DNA of 64,000 nucleotides, taken from contig CAWJIR010000011.1 in the NCBI GenBank assembly GCA_963843015.1, positions 16 through 64,015 on the forward strand. The letters are read 5' to 3'. Both the position numbers and the translations under genes were made by a program. The DNA is from an uncultured Chloroflexia bacterium. Lineage in GTDB: Bacteria > Chloroflexota > Limnocylindria > QHBO01. Below the pieces are notes generated by a model. The model did not search any database. It was not told the origin of the DNA and saw only the letters and a list, made by a program, of their open reading frames with translations. Below, piece by piece: positions 32,827 through 43,220 of the stretch (its first letter is position 1; every line of letters starts with the position of its first letter).

Positions 32827-33412
32827 GGCAACGCGGACCGGCCCGTTGGCCGACGAGTCCGCGGTGGTGGCTGCTGCCGTCGGCGGAGATCGGACCGCCT
32901 TCGCCCGATTGATGGAGCACTACCAGGGTGCCTGCTATGGCCTCGCCTGGCGCCTCCTGGGGGACCGCGACCAGGCCGCCGATGCAACCCAGGACGCGTT
33001 CATCCACGCCTACGACCACCTGGCCTCGTACCGAGGCGGCGCCTTTCGCTCGTGGTTGCTGCGGATCACCGCCAACGCCTCGTACGACATCCTCCGCCGC
33101 TCGCAGCGGCGGCCGACCACGACCCTGCCGAACCCGGACGAGGGCGAGCCCGACATCCCCGACGTGCTGGCCGTGAACCCCGTGGTCGAGTCCGCCCGCT
33201 CCGAGCTGTATCGCGCTCTGGACGCCGCCCTGCGCCTCCTGCCGGAGGACCAGCGGACCGCGGTCGTGCTGTGCGACGTCTACGGGATGGACTACCACGA
33301 GGTCTCGCTCGCCATCCAGGCACCGGTCGGGACGGTGAAGTCCCGCATCCATCGCGGGCGCCTGCGCCTGCGCGATCTGCTGGCCGACCAGCGGGAACTC
33401 TTCGAAGCGTGA
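32801..33412 (+). CDS. ECF-type RNA polymerase sigma-70 family factor
   Basis: Region 2 is DATQDAFIHAYDHLASYRGGAFRSWLLRITANASYDILRR. Region 4 is LPEDQRTAVVLCDVYGMDYHEVSLAIQAPVGTVKSRIHRGR. Confidence 0.9.
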   Translation: MSDPDPSRPATRTGPLADESAVVAAAVGGDRTAFARLMEHYQGACYGLAWRLLGDRDQAADATQDAFIHAYDHLASYRGGAFRSWLLRITANASYDILRRSQRRPTTTLPNPDEGEPDIPDVLAVNPVVESARSELYRALDAALRLLPEDQRTAVVLCDVYGMDYHEVSLAIQAPVGTVKSRIHRGRLRLRDLLADQRELFEA

Positions 33413-33425
33413 GCGCGTCTGACCG

Positions 33426-34138
33426 ATGACCATGAATTCGCCTGGCCATCCCGATCCCGAGCGTCTCGCTGCCCTCGCCGGGCCGGATCCCGAGGCGCTC
33501 GCTGACGCGTGAGCTGACCGCGCACGTCGCTGACTGCGCGGAATGCGCGCGCCAGGTCCGCGATCTGTCGATGCTGCGGTCGGCCCTGGCCGAGCTGCCC
33601 GACCTCGCGCCGTCTCGCCCGCTGCAGCTCGTGCCGCCGGTCTCCGCTCAGGCCGCCCCGGCCGGGTGGCGTGTCGCATTCCGGCGGGCGTTTGCGCCGG
33701 TCGCGATTGCCGGCGTGGTGCTCCTGGTGGTCGGTGGCATCGGCGCGACCGGCTCGCTCGGCCCGGCCGACGCACAACAGCTCATCCCCCTGTCGTTCCA
33801 GTCCGCCGCGCGGCCAGCCGCCGAGGACGCCGCGCCGGAGATCACCTCGACCGACCGAGCCGCGGCCCCCGGCGCGACCGCGCCGGCCGTCACCGACGAG
33901 GTCGGTGCCCTGGCCCCGACGCCCACGCGTCGAGGGAGGGGCCGCAGCCGGCGGCGAAGACGATCCGGATACCTCGCCCGGCGAAGAGATGCCCACTTCG
34001 GCACCCGGTGACGACCTCGCGGCCGACACGACGCTGACCTCGGGTTGGATCCTTCTGGCGGCCGTCGGCCTCGGGCTGCTCGTGGTCGCCTTCGTCCTCA
34101 GACTCGCCGCGCCGAAGCCCGCTCCCGCGCGACGCTGA
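33426..34138 (+). CDS. anti-sigma factor (zf-HC2-like, single TM), frameshifted
   Basis: It lies immediately downstream of the sigma gene. Motif HVADCAECARQV. TM: APVAIAGVVLLVVGGIG. There is a second C-terminal TM. Fragments are ATG-33426, ORF 33571..34011 and ORF 33671..34138. Confidence 0.7.
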
Positions 34139-34145
34139 CCGCCGA

Positions 34146-34649
34146 CTACGCTCCGACCAGCCGCCCCGAGATGACCGCGGCGGTGAGGATGATGAGGGCC
34201 ACCGCGCCGACGATGATCGCGGCCCACGGCGTCTCGAGGAACGTCTTGGGAGCGGCTTCCACGCGCGGCGGTCGCGGACCGACCCGGATCGTGCCGCGCC
34301 TCGCGCTGCGAGGGTCATTCGCGGCCGTTCGCCATGGAGTCGAGACCTGGGCCCGGACCGAGGAGCCGGTGGGGATCGGCTGACGACCACCCTGCCAGTG
34401 GCTGCCGCCGGCCGCCGTCCCGCTCCACGGATGCTCGAGATCCCAGGCCGCTCGACGTTCGGGCGACGAGAGCACCTGCCACGCCTCGTTGATCTCGCGC
34501 ATCCGGGCGGCCGCCTCGGGACCGCCGTCGTGGAGATCGGGGTGGTGGGATTTCGCCAGCCGCCGATGCGCCGCGGCGACCTGCCTGGTGGTCGCCTCCC
34601 GCGGGACGCCGAGCACGGCATAGGGGTCGCGCACGACGGAACTGGGCAT
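34146..34649 (-). CDS. J-domain (DnaJ-like) protein with C-terminal TM
   Basis: DPYAVLGVPREATTRQVAAAHRRLAKSHHPD. The terminal TM is AAIIVGAVALIILTAAVI. TAGAAT lies 6 nt upstream of the ATG (minus strand, 34656-34661). Confidence 0.8.
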   Translation of the reverse strand: MPSSVVRDPYAVLGVPREATTRQVAAAHRRLAKSHHPDLHDGGPEAAARMREINEAWQVLSSPERRAAWDLEHPWSGTAAGGSHWQGGRQPIPTGSSVRAQVSTPWRTAANDPRSARRGTIRVGPRPPRVEAAPKTFLETPWAAIIVGAVALIILTAAVISGRLVGA

Positions 34650-34689
34650 TGCCGGATTCTAGCGGCCGCCCCCGACCAACCGGCGGGAC

Positions 34690-34695
34690 TAGACT
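34690..34695 (+). promoter_or_regulatory. -10 hexamer TAGACT, 6 nt upstream of the polA ATG
   Basis: Leaderless-type arrangement. It is back-to-back with the TAGAAT of the divergent J-domain gene. Confidence 0.55.
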
Positions 34696-34701
34696 CCGTC
34701 C

Positions 34702-37598
34702 ATGCTGGATCGTCCCCCGGTGCTGATGCTGATCGACGGTCCGAGCATCGTGTATCGGGCCTACTTCGCCATGATGCAGACCCCGCTCACCACCTCGGCG
34801 GGGATGCTCGTGACCGGCATCTTCGGCTTCTTCAACATCGTCCTGCGCGGGATGCAGGACCTCAAGCCGGACTACGCGGTCGTCAGCTTCGACCTCGGCA
34901 AGCCAGCCTTCCGCTATCGCCGCCTATCCCGACTACAAGGCAGGCCGACCCAGCATGCCCGACGACCTGCGCGCCCAGTTCCCGATCGTTCGCGAGCTGG
35001 TGACGATGATGGGCATGCCGATTCTCGAGCTCGAGGGCTACGAGGCCGACGACGTGATCGGCACGCTCGCTGTCCAGGCTTCCGGCAGCGGGATCGACAC
35101 CTACATGGTGTCGGGCGACCTGGACGGCCTGCAGCTGGTGGACGATCACATTCGACTGTTCACGACCCGGATGGGGGTCGCCAATACGGTCATCTACGAC
35201 CGGGCGCGCGTCGCGGAGCGCTACGGCCTGCGCCCGGACCAGATGCTCGACTACAAGGCGCTCAAGGGCGACACCTCCGACAACCTGCCGGGCGTGCCCG
35301 GTGTGGGCGAGAAGACCGCGGTGGCGCTCCTCCAGGAGTTCGGCACCCTCGATGCCCTGTACGAGCGGCTGGACGAGGTGAAGGGCAAGCTCCGCGAGCG
35401 GCTCGAGACGCATCGAAGCGACGCGTTCATGAGCCGCGAGGTCGGGCGGATCGTGACCGACCTGCCGATCAGCCTGGACGTCGAGGCGGCTCGCACGGGC
35501 CGCTACGACCGGCGGGCGATGGCTCAGCGATTCCGCGAGCTCGAGTTCCGGTCACTGATCGACCGCCTCCCGCCGACGATCGGCGGTTCGGCCGATACCG
35601 GCCCCGAGGAGGACGACGGGCGCGGGCTCCAGCTTTCGCTCGACCTGCTTGGGGGCGGGTCGGGGAGTGCCCCGGCGGCGCCCCGCGAGCGGCCGGCTCC
35701 GGTCACGACGCGAGGTGGCGGCGGGCCTGCCGGACGCGCGTTCCGATCCGAAGGGCGCCATCGAGCACGTCGACCCGCGGATCGTGGCCGACGACGCCGA
35801 CCGGCTCGAGCTGGAGGCATGGCTTGCCGCCCACGGCGAGGAGGTCGCCGTCGGATGGGCCGCCGGCAGCGGCCGGAGCGCGGCCCGGTCCATCCTGGGC
35901 ATCGCCCTGGCCGGCGCGGACGGAACCGCGTGGTATCTGCGGTCCGGCGGCGACGACCTGCTCCCGCGCTGGTTCGCCCGCGCCGACCGACCGCTCATCG
36001 GTCACGACGTGAAGCCCCTCCACACCATGCTCCTGCAGCGGGGCATCGAGCTGTCCGGGACGAACCGGGACACCCTGGTGGCGAGCTACATGCTGAACCC
36101 GGCGCTCAGGGCGCAATCGGTCGACGACCTGGCGGCCCAGCGGTTCGGCGCCGAAGTCCCGCCTCCCGCCGTCAGCCCCGAGTCGGGCAGCGAGGAGCCG
36201 GCCGTGGCCCGACGAGCGGCGGGAGTGGCGCTCACCGCCCTGCTCGTCGCACCGACCCTGATGACCGAGCTCGAGGAGGTGAAGCTCGCCGACCTCTTCG
36301 ACGAGGTCGAGATGCCGCTGCTTTCGGTCCTCGCCCGGATGGAGATTGCCGGCGTGCTCATCGATCGCGATGCGCTGCGGGCGATGTCCGAGGAGTTCGC
36401 CGAGCAGCTGGCCGGGCTCGAGACGCGGATCTTCGAGTCGGTCGGGCACGAGTTCAACATCGGTTCCCCGCGGCAGCTCGAGACCGTGCTGTTCGACGAG
36501 CTGGAGCTGCCGTCGGCCAAGCGCACGAAGACGGCGCGATCGACGGACGCATCGGTCCTCGAGGAGCTCCGCGACAAGCACGAGGTGGTGGGGATGATCC
36601 TCGAGCACCGCCAGGTCGCGAAGCTGAAGTCGACCTACGCCGATGCCCTGCCGGGCCTGGTGGATGCCGACGGACGCCTCCACACCACCTACTCCCAGGC
36701 GGTGGCCGCCACCGGGCGCCTGTCGAGCACCGATCCGAACCTCCAGAACATCCCGATCCGGACCGCGCTGGGCCGGCGGATCCGCCGCGTGTTCGTGGCG
36801 CCGCCGGGCAAGCTCCTGCTGGCCGCGGACTATTCCCAGGTCGAGCTCCGGATCCTGGCCCACGTCTCGGGCGACGCCGGGCTCAAGGCGGCCTTCGCGG
36901 CGGGCGAGGACATCCATCGCTCGACCGCGGCCCGGGTGCTCGGCATCCCGCCGGAGCAGGTGACCGCCGCGCAGCGGTCGATCGCCAAGATGGTGAACTA
37001 CGGGGTCGCCTACGGGATGAGCGACTTCGGCCTCGCCGACCGGCTCCACATCGATCGCGAGACCGCCCGCCAGTTCATCACCGACTACTTCGCCGCGTAC
37101 GAGGGGATCCGCCGCTACACGATCGAGATCCGGATCCTGGCTCGCGACCAGGGCTACGTCACGACCCTCCTCGGCCGCCGGCGCTACCTGCCCGAGCTGA
37201 CGGCCCGAAACGCCGCCCTGCGAGCCGCCGGGGAGCGGATGGCCATCAACATGCCCATCCAGGGCACGGCGGCCGACGGCATCAAGATCGCGATGGTTCG
37301 GCTCGATGCGGCCATGCGGGAGCGCGGCCTGCGGTCGCGGATGCTCCTCCAGGTCCACGACGAGCTGGTTTTCGAGACCGATGCCGATGAGCGGGACGAG
37401 CTCGCGGCGCTGGCGGCGGAGACGATGGAGGGGGCGCTGCCGCTCGACGTGCCGCTCACGGTGGATCTCAAGGTCGGGCCGGATTGGGACCAGATGGACC
37501 GACTGATGCCGGCCGAGGGAGGCGGCTACCGCGTCGTCGAGGTCGACCACGCCGAGGAGGCCACGGAGGAGGCCGTAGTGGCCCTCGTCGATGTCTGA
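34702..37598 (+). CDS. polA: DNA polymerase I
   Basis: The 5'-nuclease domain has LIDGPSIVYRAYFA and GYEADDVIGTLA. The polymerase domain has RLHTTYSQAVAATGRLSSTDPNLQNIP, DYSQVELRILAH and QVHDELVFE. Frame switches at ~34925 and ~35700. Confidence 0.95.
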
Positions 37599-37603
37599 CC
37601 GCG

Positions 37604-38456
37604 ATGCCTGAGCTGCCCGAGGTCGAGACCGTCGCCCGGCGGCTCCAGGCCCGGCTGCCGGGTGCCGAGATTCTCGGAGCAGAGGTCCAGTGGCCGCGGA
37701 CGATCACGTACCCACAGCCGCCCGAGCGGTTCTCGCTGGAGGTCGCTGGTGGCGTCGTCAACCGCGTCGGCCGGCGCGCAAAGTCCGTTGTCCTGTATCT
37801 CGACGACGGCCGGGTGCTGACCGTGGCCCTGCGCATGACCGGCGCCCTGATCGTGGCCGCGCCCGGCGCGCCCCCCGACCCGCACGCCCGCGTCGTGTTC
37901 GACCTCGCCGACGGCCGGCAGCTCCGGTTCCGCGACGCGCGGAAGTTCGGGCGGATCGGCCTCTATCCCGGTCGTGGCCGGCGCCGGGTGGCCGACGTCT
38001 TCGCCCGCCATGGGCCAGAGCCACTGGCCCCGTCCTTCACGGCCGCCCGCCTCGCCGACCCGGCTGCGGCGCCGATCCGCGCGGCTGAAGACCCTGCTCC
38101 TGGACCAGTCGTTCATCGCCGGGGTCGGGAACATCTACGCCGACGAGGCCCTGTGGCGGGCGCGACTCCACCCGCTGCGCACGGCGGACACCCTGACCGA
38201 CCAGGAGATCCGGCGCCTCCACCGGGGCATCCGGGCGGCGCTGCGCGAGGGGCTGGCCGGCGGGGGAGCGTCGTATCGCGACTACGTGGACCCCGACGGT
38301 GAGCCGGGCCTCGCCGCGGAGCGCATGCGGGTCTACCGACGGACCGGGGAGCCGTGCTTCCGCTGCGGGCGACCCATCGAGCGGATCGTGGTCAACACCC
38401 GGGCGACCCACTTCTGTCCGCGCTGCCAGCCGGCGCCGGTGGCCCCGGACCGATGA
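37604..38456 (+). CDS. mutM: formamidopyrimidine-DNA glycosylase
   Basis: The N-terminus is MPELPEVETV. H2TH: LLDQSFIAGVGNIYADEALW. Zinc finger: CFRCGRPIERIVVNTRATHFCPRCQ. One frame switch at ~38070. Confidence 0.93.
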
Positions 38457-39047
38457 AGGTCATCGGCCTGACCGGGCCCATCGGCTGCGGCAAGAGCACG
38501 GTCGCGGCCCTGCTCCACGACCGCGGGGTGGCGACGATCGACGCCGACGTCGGTGGCGCGCGAAGTCCGGGATACCGATGCCAACGTTCGTGCCGCGATC
38601 GTGGCCCGGTTCGGCGTGACGGACGCGGCCTCCCTGGCCACGATCGTGTTCCGCGACCCGCGAGCGCTGGCTGACCTCGAGGCCATCGTCCACCCCGCTG
38701 TCCGCGATCGCGTCCGGGACCGGCTGGAGGCCCAGGCCATGGCCGGCACTCGGGTCACGGCGGTGGAGGCGATCAAGCTCCTCGAGTCGCCGCTGCGGGA
38801 CCGTTGCGACGTGGTGTGGGTCGTCGTCTGCCGGCCGGAGGACGCGATCCAGCGCCTGGCTGGCCGGGGGATGTCGCCGACCGAAGTTCGGCGCCGGATG
38901 GCGAACCAGATGCCGGCCGAACAGATGGTCGACGCGGCCGATGTCGTGATCGACGGGTCCGCCGAGCCGGCCGACACCTTGCGCCAGGTGGAACGTGCAC
39001 TGGCTGCGCTCGAGCAGCCGTCGGAGCCTGGAGCCATCGGCGGCTAG
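38453..39047 (+). CDS. coaE: dephospho-CoA kinase
   Basis: ATGA overlaps the mutM stop. P-loop: [17 protein letters not shown] and HPAV motifs are present. One frame switch at ~38550. Confidence 0.9.
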
Positions 39048-39050
39048 AAT
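39045..39050 (+). promoter_or_regulatory. candidate -10 hexamer TAGAAT upstream of uvrB (31-nt leader)
   Basis: CTAGAATCGGTCA is identical to the 13-mer at 49798-49810 before uvrC. It overlaps the coaE stop. Confidence 0.45.
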
Positions 39051-39081
39051 CGGTCACCCCGAAGAGGTCGCCGGTCCACAC

Positions 39082-41223
39082 ATGCCCGATTTCACGCTGC
39101 ACGCCCCGTTCGAACCCACCGGCGACCAGCCGACGGCGATTGCCGGGCTGGTCGAGGGGCTGCAAGAGGGCATGCGCCACCAGGTGCTGCTCGGCGCGAC
39201 CGGGACGGGCAAGACGTTCACCGCCGCCAAGGTGATCGAGGCCGTGCAGCGGCCGACCCTGGTGATGGCCCACAACAAGACGCTGGCCGCTCAGCTCTAC
39301 CAGGAGTTCCGCGAGTTCTTCCCGGAGAACGCGGTCGAGTACTTCGTCAGCTACTACGACTACTTCCAGCCCGAGGCCTACCTGCCGCGTTCGGACACGT
39401 ACATCGAGAAGGACTCGAGCCGGAACGACGAGATCGATCGGCTCCGCCACAACGCCACCCGGGCCTTGTTCGAGCGGCGGGACGTGGTGATCGTGGCCTC
39501 CGTGTCGTGCATCTACGGCCTCGGGGCGCCGATCGACTACGGGGCGACGGTGATCAACCTGAAGGTCGGGGGCCACTACCGCCGTGACGGGGTTCTCCGT
39601 CACCTGGTGGATCTCCAGTACCAGCGCAACGACGCGGCCCTTCAGCGCTCGCGCTTCCGGGTCCGCGGCGACGTGCTCGAGGTCCAGCCGCCGCACGGCG
39701 AGGAGGTCGTTCGGATCGACTTCTTCGGTGACGCGGTGGAGCGGATCGTGGAGGTCGACGGACTGACCGGGGAGGTCCTCGCCGAGCGGAAGGAGGTCAA
39801 CTTCTACCCCGCCACGCACTACGTCACGCCGCGGGACAAGCTGCTGGCCGCGATCGGCGACATCGAGGCCGAGATGGAGATCCGGGTCCGCGAGCTGGAG
39901 AGCCGCGGCCAGGCCCTCGAGGCGGCGCGGCTCCGGCAGCGGACGCTGTTCGACCTCGAGATGCTGCGCGAGGTGGGGTTCTGTCCGGGCATCGAGAACT
40001 ACTCGCGCCACCTGTCCCGCCGCGAGGCGGGCAGCCGGCCGTGGACCCTGATCGACTACTTCCCGACCGACTTCCTGCTGATCGTCGACGAGAGCCATAT
40101 CACCATCCCGCAGGTCCATGGCATGTACAAGAACGACCGGACCCGGAAGGAGATCCTGGTCGAGTTCGGCTTCCGGCTCGAATCGGCCCTGGACAACCGG
40201 CCGCTCACCTTCGAGGAGTGGGAGGCCCACCTCAACCAGGTCGTGTCGATGAGCGCCACGCCGGGCCCGTACGAGCTCGAGCGGGCGGAGCGAGTGGTCG
40301 AGCAGTTCATCCGACCGACCGGGGTCGTGGACCCGGTCATCACCGTCCGGCCGACCGCACACCAGGTCGACGACCTGCTGGCCGAGATCCGCGAGACCGT
40401 CGCTCGCGGGGAGCGGGTCATCGTCACCACCCTGACCAAGAAGATGGCCGAGGACCTCGCGGACTACCTCGCCGAGCTCGGGATCAAGGTCCAGTGGCTC
40501 CACAGCGAGGTGGACACCCTCGAGCGGGTCGAGATCCTGCGCGACCTCCGGCTCGGGGTATACGACGTCCTGGTCGGCATCAACCTCCTCCGCGAGGGCC
40601 TGGATCTGCCGGAGGTCACCCTGGTCGCAATCCTCGACGCCGACAAGGAGGGGTTCCTCCGCAGCGGCGGGTCGCTGATCCAGGTCATCGGCCGGGCGGC
40701 GCGGAACGTCAACGGCCGGGTGATCATGTACGCCGACAAGGAGACCGCCGCCATGCGGGCGGCCATGGACGAGACGGATCGGCGACGCGAGAAGCAGACC
40801 GCCTACAACCTCGAGCACGGGATCAAGCCCGAGACGATCACCAAGGCGATCCGCGACATCCACGAGGGACTGCGGCGCGTGGCCGAGGAGCGACAGACGC
40901 TGGACCTCGCAGGGCAGGGGAGCGAGGAGATCGCCGAGCTGGCCCAGCGGCTCGAGGCCCAGATGCGCGAGGCGGCCCGCAACCTCGAGTTCGAGCGGGC
41001 GGCGGCCCTGCGCGACGAGCTGGTGGCGCTCCGGCGCCTCCGCGAAGAGCTGAACGCGGCGCCGGGCGAGATCCCCGCCGACGTGTACGCCGCCGCTGCC
41101 GAGGCGGGCCAGGACGGGTGGGGGGCGGACGGACGCCCGCGGCGCGAGGTGTTCAGCACGGCCGCGCGGCCGAACATCATCCCGGCCGGGACCCGGCGCC
41201 GCCCGCCGCGCCGCCGCCGCTGA
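39082..41223 (+). CDS. uvrB: excinuclease ABC subunit B
   Basis: Intact. [35 protein letters not shown]. The C-terminal UVR domain is [15 protein letters not shown]. Confidence 0.97.
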   Translation: MPDFTLHAPFEPTGDQPTAIAGLVEGLQEGMRHQVLLGATGTGKTFTAAKVIEAVQRPTLVMAHNKTLAAQLYQEFREFFPENAVEYFVSYYDYFQPEAYLPRSDTYIEKDSSRNDEIDRLRHNATRALFERRDVVIVASVSCIYGLGAPIDYGATVINLKVGGHYRRDGVLRHLVDLQYQRNDAALQRSRFRVRGDVLEVQPPHGEEVVRIDFFGDAVERIVEVDGLTGEVLAERKEVNFYPATHYVTPRDKLLAAIGDIEAEMEIRVRELESRGQALEAARLRQRTLFDLEMLREVGFCPGIENYSRHLSRREAGSRPWTLIDYFPTDFLLIVDESHITIPQVHGMYKNDRTRKEILVEFGFRLESALDNRPLTFEEWEAHLNQVVSMSATPGPYELERAERVVEQFIRPTGVVDPVITVRPTAHQVDDLLAEIRETVARGERVIVTTLTKKMAEDLADYLAELGIKVQWLHSEVDTLERVEILRDLRLGVYDVLVGINLLREGLDLPEVTLVAILDADKEGFLRSGGSLIQVIGRAARNVNGRVIMYADKETAAMRAAMDETDRRREKQTAYNLEHGIKPETITKAIRDIHEGLRRVAEERQTLDLAGQGSEEIAELAQRLEAQMREAARNLEFERAAALRDELVALRRLREELNAAPGEIPADVYAAAAEAGQDGWGADGRPRREVFSTAARPNIIPAGTRRRPPRRRR

Positions 41224-41232
41224 GGGAGCGGC

Positions 41233-41838
41233 ATGGCCGGGACGCTGCCTCATGCCGTGTTCGTCGAGACCGATGTCGACGAATCCGGAACGGCCGTCGC
41301 GTTCGCGGGCGAGCTGCCCGGCTGCGCGTCCGCGGCGAGCGATCCGGCAGCAGCGGTGGCGGCAGTGCCTGCCCGGGTCGCGGCGTTCGTGGCGTGGCTC
41401 CGCGGCCATGGCGAATCACTCACCGAGCCGGTCGGCAACTGGTACGAGGTGGAGCGCGTCGCCGCCGACCGGGGTGACGGTGCCGTCCGCCGCGCGACCT
41501 TCTCCCTCGATGAGCTGCCTCCCTCGCCGGCGGAGCTCGCCACCTGGACCCACTGGGCGGAGCTGGCCCGCGAGGACGTCGCCGCGGCGCTCGACGCGAG
41601 GCCAGAGGCTGTGGCCGAGGCGGCGTGGGTCGCGGACCAGGATCTTGCCCTGGCCCGCGAGCTGGGCGGGACGGCTGACATCGGGCCCGACGGCCGTCCT
41701 CTGGATCGCCTCTACGCCGCCCGCGACGCGCTCATCGAGGCGCTCGACGCCGCGGGCGTCGACGGAGCCGTCCGAAGGGCACTCCGACTCGCCATCGCCG
41801 ACGACCTCCGGTTGGCCGAGCGACTTCGCGACCGATGA
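41233..41838 (+). CDS. hypothetical protein with HicB-like (UPF0150) N-terminal fold
   Basis: Intact 201 aa. The N-terminus AVFVETDVDESGTAVAFAGELPGCASAASDPAAAV resembles HicB-type antitoxin/RNase-H-like folds. No partner toxin was seen. Confidence 0.4.
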   Translation: MAGTLPHAVFVETDVDESGTAVAFAGELPGCASAASDPAAAVAAVPARVAAFVAWLRGHGESLTEPVGNWYEVERVAADRGDGAVRRATFSLDELPPSPAELATWTHWAELAREDVAAALDARPEAVAEAAWVADQDLALARELGGTADIGPDGRPLDRLYAARDALIEALDAAGVDGAVRRALRLAIADDLRLAERLRDR

Positions 41839-42378
41839 GCCGCCCGGTCCGCGGGACCGAGCGGGCGGTGTGGATCGCCATCCCGATCGTGCTGGTGGGC
41901 ATCCTGGTGGTGTTCCTCGGCGTCGGGCAGCCTGGGGCCGACCCGGCCCGACCTCGAGCAGATCGACGTGGCCGACGTCCTCGCCGTCCGGTGATCCGGT
42001 CGCGACCTTCGGCAGCAGCGACATCCGGGTCGTGGGCTGGTACGCGAACCTCGACGCCGACTGCGATCCGCCGGCCGACGAGCCGGCCGATCCGACCTGG
42101 CTCGAGCAGGAGCTGTCCACTCCGCCTGCTGCTGTCCGAGCAGCCCGCCACTGGCGCGCCGCAGGCCGCGCTCGAGGCGATCGGCCTCCGACTCGCGGCC
42201 CCAACCGGGGAGCCGTTTCCGCCCCGCCCGCGGCCCGAAGGCTGGCATCTCATGATGGAACCACTGGTGGTGACCGGCCACTTCGGCGATCCCGCCGCGG
42301 CGGACTGCCGCCCAGCGATCGGAGACTCGCTGTCGCGCCACGTTCGTGGTCAGCGAGGTCGACGGACTCGTGCACTGA
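41835..42378 (+). CDS. hypothetical membrane-anchored protein (frameshifted)
   Basis: The start overlaps the previous stop. The TM is AVWIAIPIVLVGILVVFLGV. The remaining fragments are in ORFs 41252..42442 and 41835..42527. Confidence 0.35.
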
Positions 42379-42463
42379 GGGCTTCCCCCGACCTGGGCGG
42401 AAGGCGCAAGATATTCGACGGCCCACCACGATCGGGGGGTGAAACTACTGCGGAGGAGACTCG

Positions 42464-43099
42464 ATGGACTTTCAGGCGCTCCTGGTCGGCATCATCGCCA
42501 TCGCCCTCGGGGCGGGGATCATGCTGATGGGCTACCGCCTCGCCCTGATCCTCCTGCCCATCTGGGGTTTCTTTGCCGGCTTCCTGCTCGGCGCCCAGCT
42601 GCTGCAGGAGTTCTTCGGGGATGGCTTCCTGGCGACGACGACCAGCTGGATCGTGGGCGTGATCCTCGGACTGGTGTTCGCCGTCCTGTCGTACCTGTTC
42701 TGGTACGTCGCGGTCGTCATCCTGTTCGCGTCAATCGGCTACTGGCTGGGCTGGGGCTTCATGTCGCTCATCGGGTTCTCCGAGACCGGCCTCGTGGCCG
42801 TTGCCATCGGGCTCCTCCTGGGTGCCGTGTTTGCCGTCGCCGCCTTCGTCACCGGAGTGCCGTTGGCGGCCCTGGTGGTGATCACCGCCGTCGGCGGAGC
42901 GCACGCCCTGATCGCCGGGATCCTGGTCTTGATCGGGACGATCCCGGTCGAGGCCTTGGGGAGTGGCGTCGTGCGGGCCGATCATCACGGCCAACGTCGG
43001 CTGGTGGCTTCTGGCCCTCGGCCTGGCGGTCGTGTCGATCATGTTCCAGCTGAGAACGATCGGGGAGTACGTGCTCGAGCCGCCGGCGGCTCGCATCTG
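42464..43099 (+). CDS. multi-TM membrane protein (DUF4203-like), one frameshift
   Basis: There are 5-6 hydrophobic helices (ALLVGIIAIALGAGIMLMGY...). The C-terminus GPIITANVGWWLLALGLAVVSIMFQL is recovered by a frame switch at ~42965. Confidence 0.5.
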
Positions 43100-43122
43100 A
43101 GCTCGACTTCACGACGAGCCTT

Positions 43123-43150
43123 CAAGGGCCCGGTCCGCCGACCGGGCCCT
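43123..43150 (+). terminator. perfect 12-bp GC-rich hairpin (AAGGGCCCGGTC-CGCC-GACCGGGCCCTT)
   Basis: It lies 24 nt after stop 43099. It is followed by CGGCTTCC, with no long U tract. Confidence 0.55.
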
Positions 43151-43180
43151 TCGGCTTCCTCAGTCGGCTCGTTCCTGAAA

Positions 43181-43194
43181 CCGAACAGGTGTTC
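43181..43194 (+). promoter_or_regulatory. LexA (Cheo/SOS) box-like palindrome CGAACAGGTGTTCA upstream of uvrA
   Basis: The GAAC-N4-GTTC core overlaps the -35 position of the TATCAT promoter (43207-43212). Confidence 0.55.
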
Positions 43195-43206
43195 ATATCG
43201 GTTTGC

Positions 43207-43212
43207 TATCAT
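43207..43212 (+). promoter_or_regulatory. -10 hexamer TATCAT, 8 nt upstream of the uvrA ATG
   Basis: The TATCATCCGG core is the same as at 13643 and 14923. Confidence 0.55.
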
Positions 43213-43220
43213 CCGGGCCG

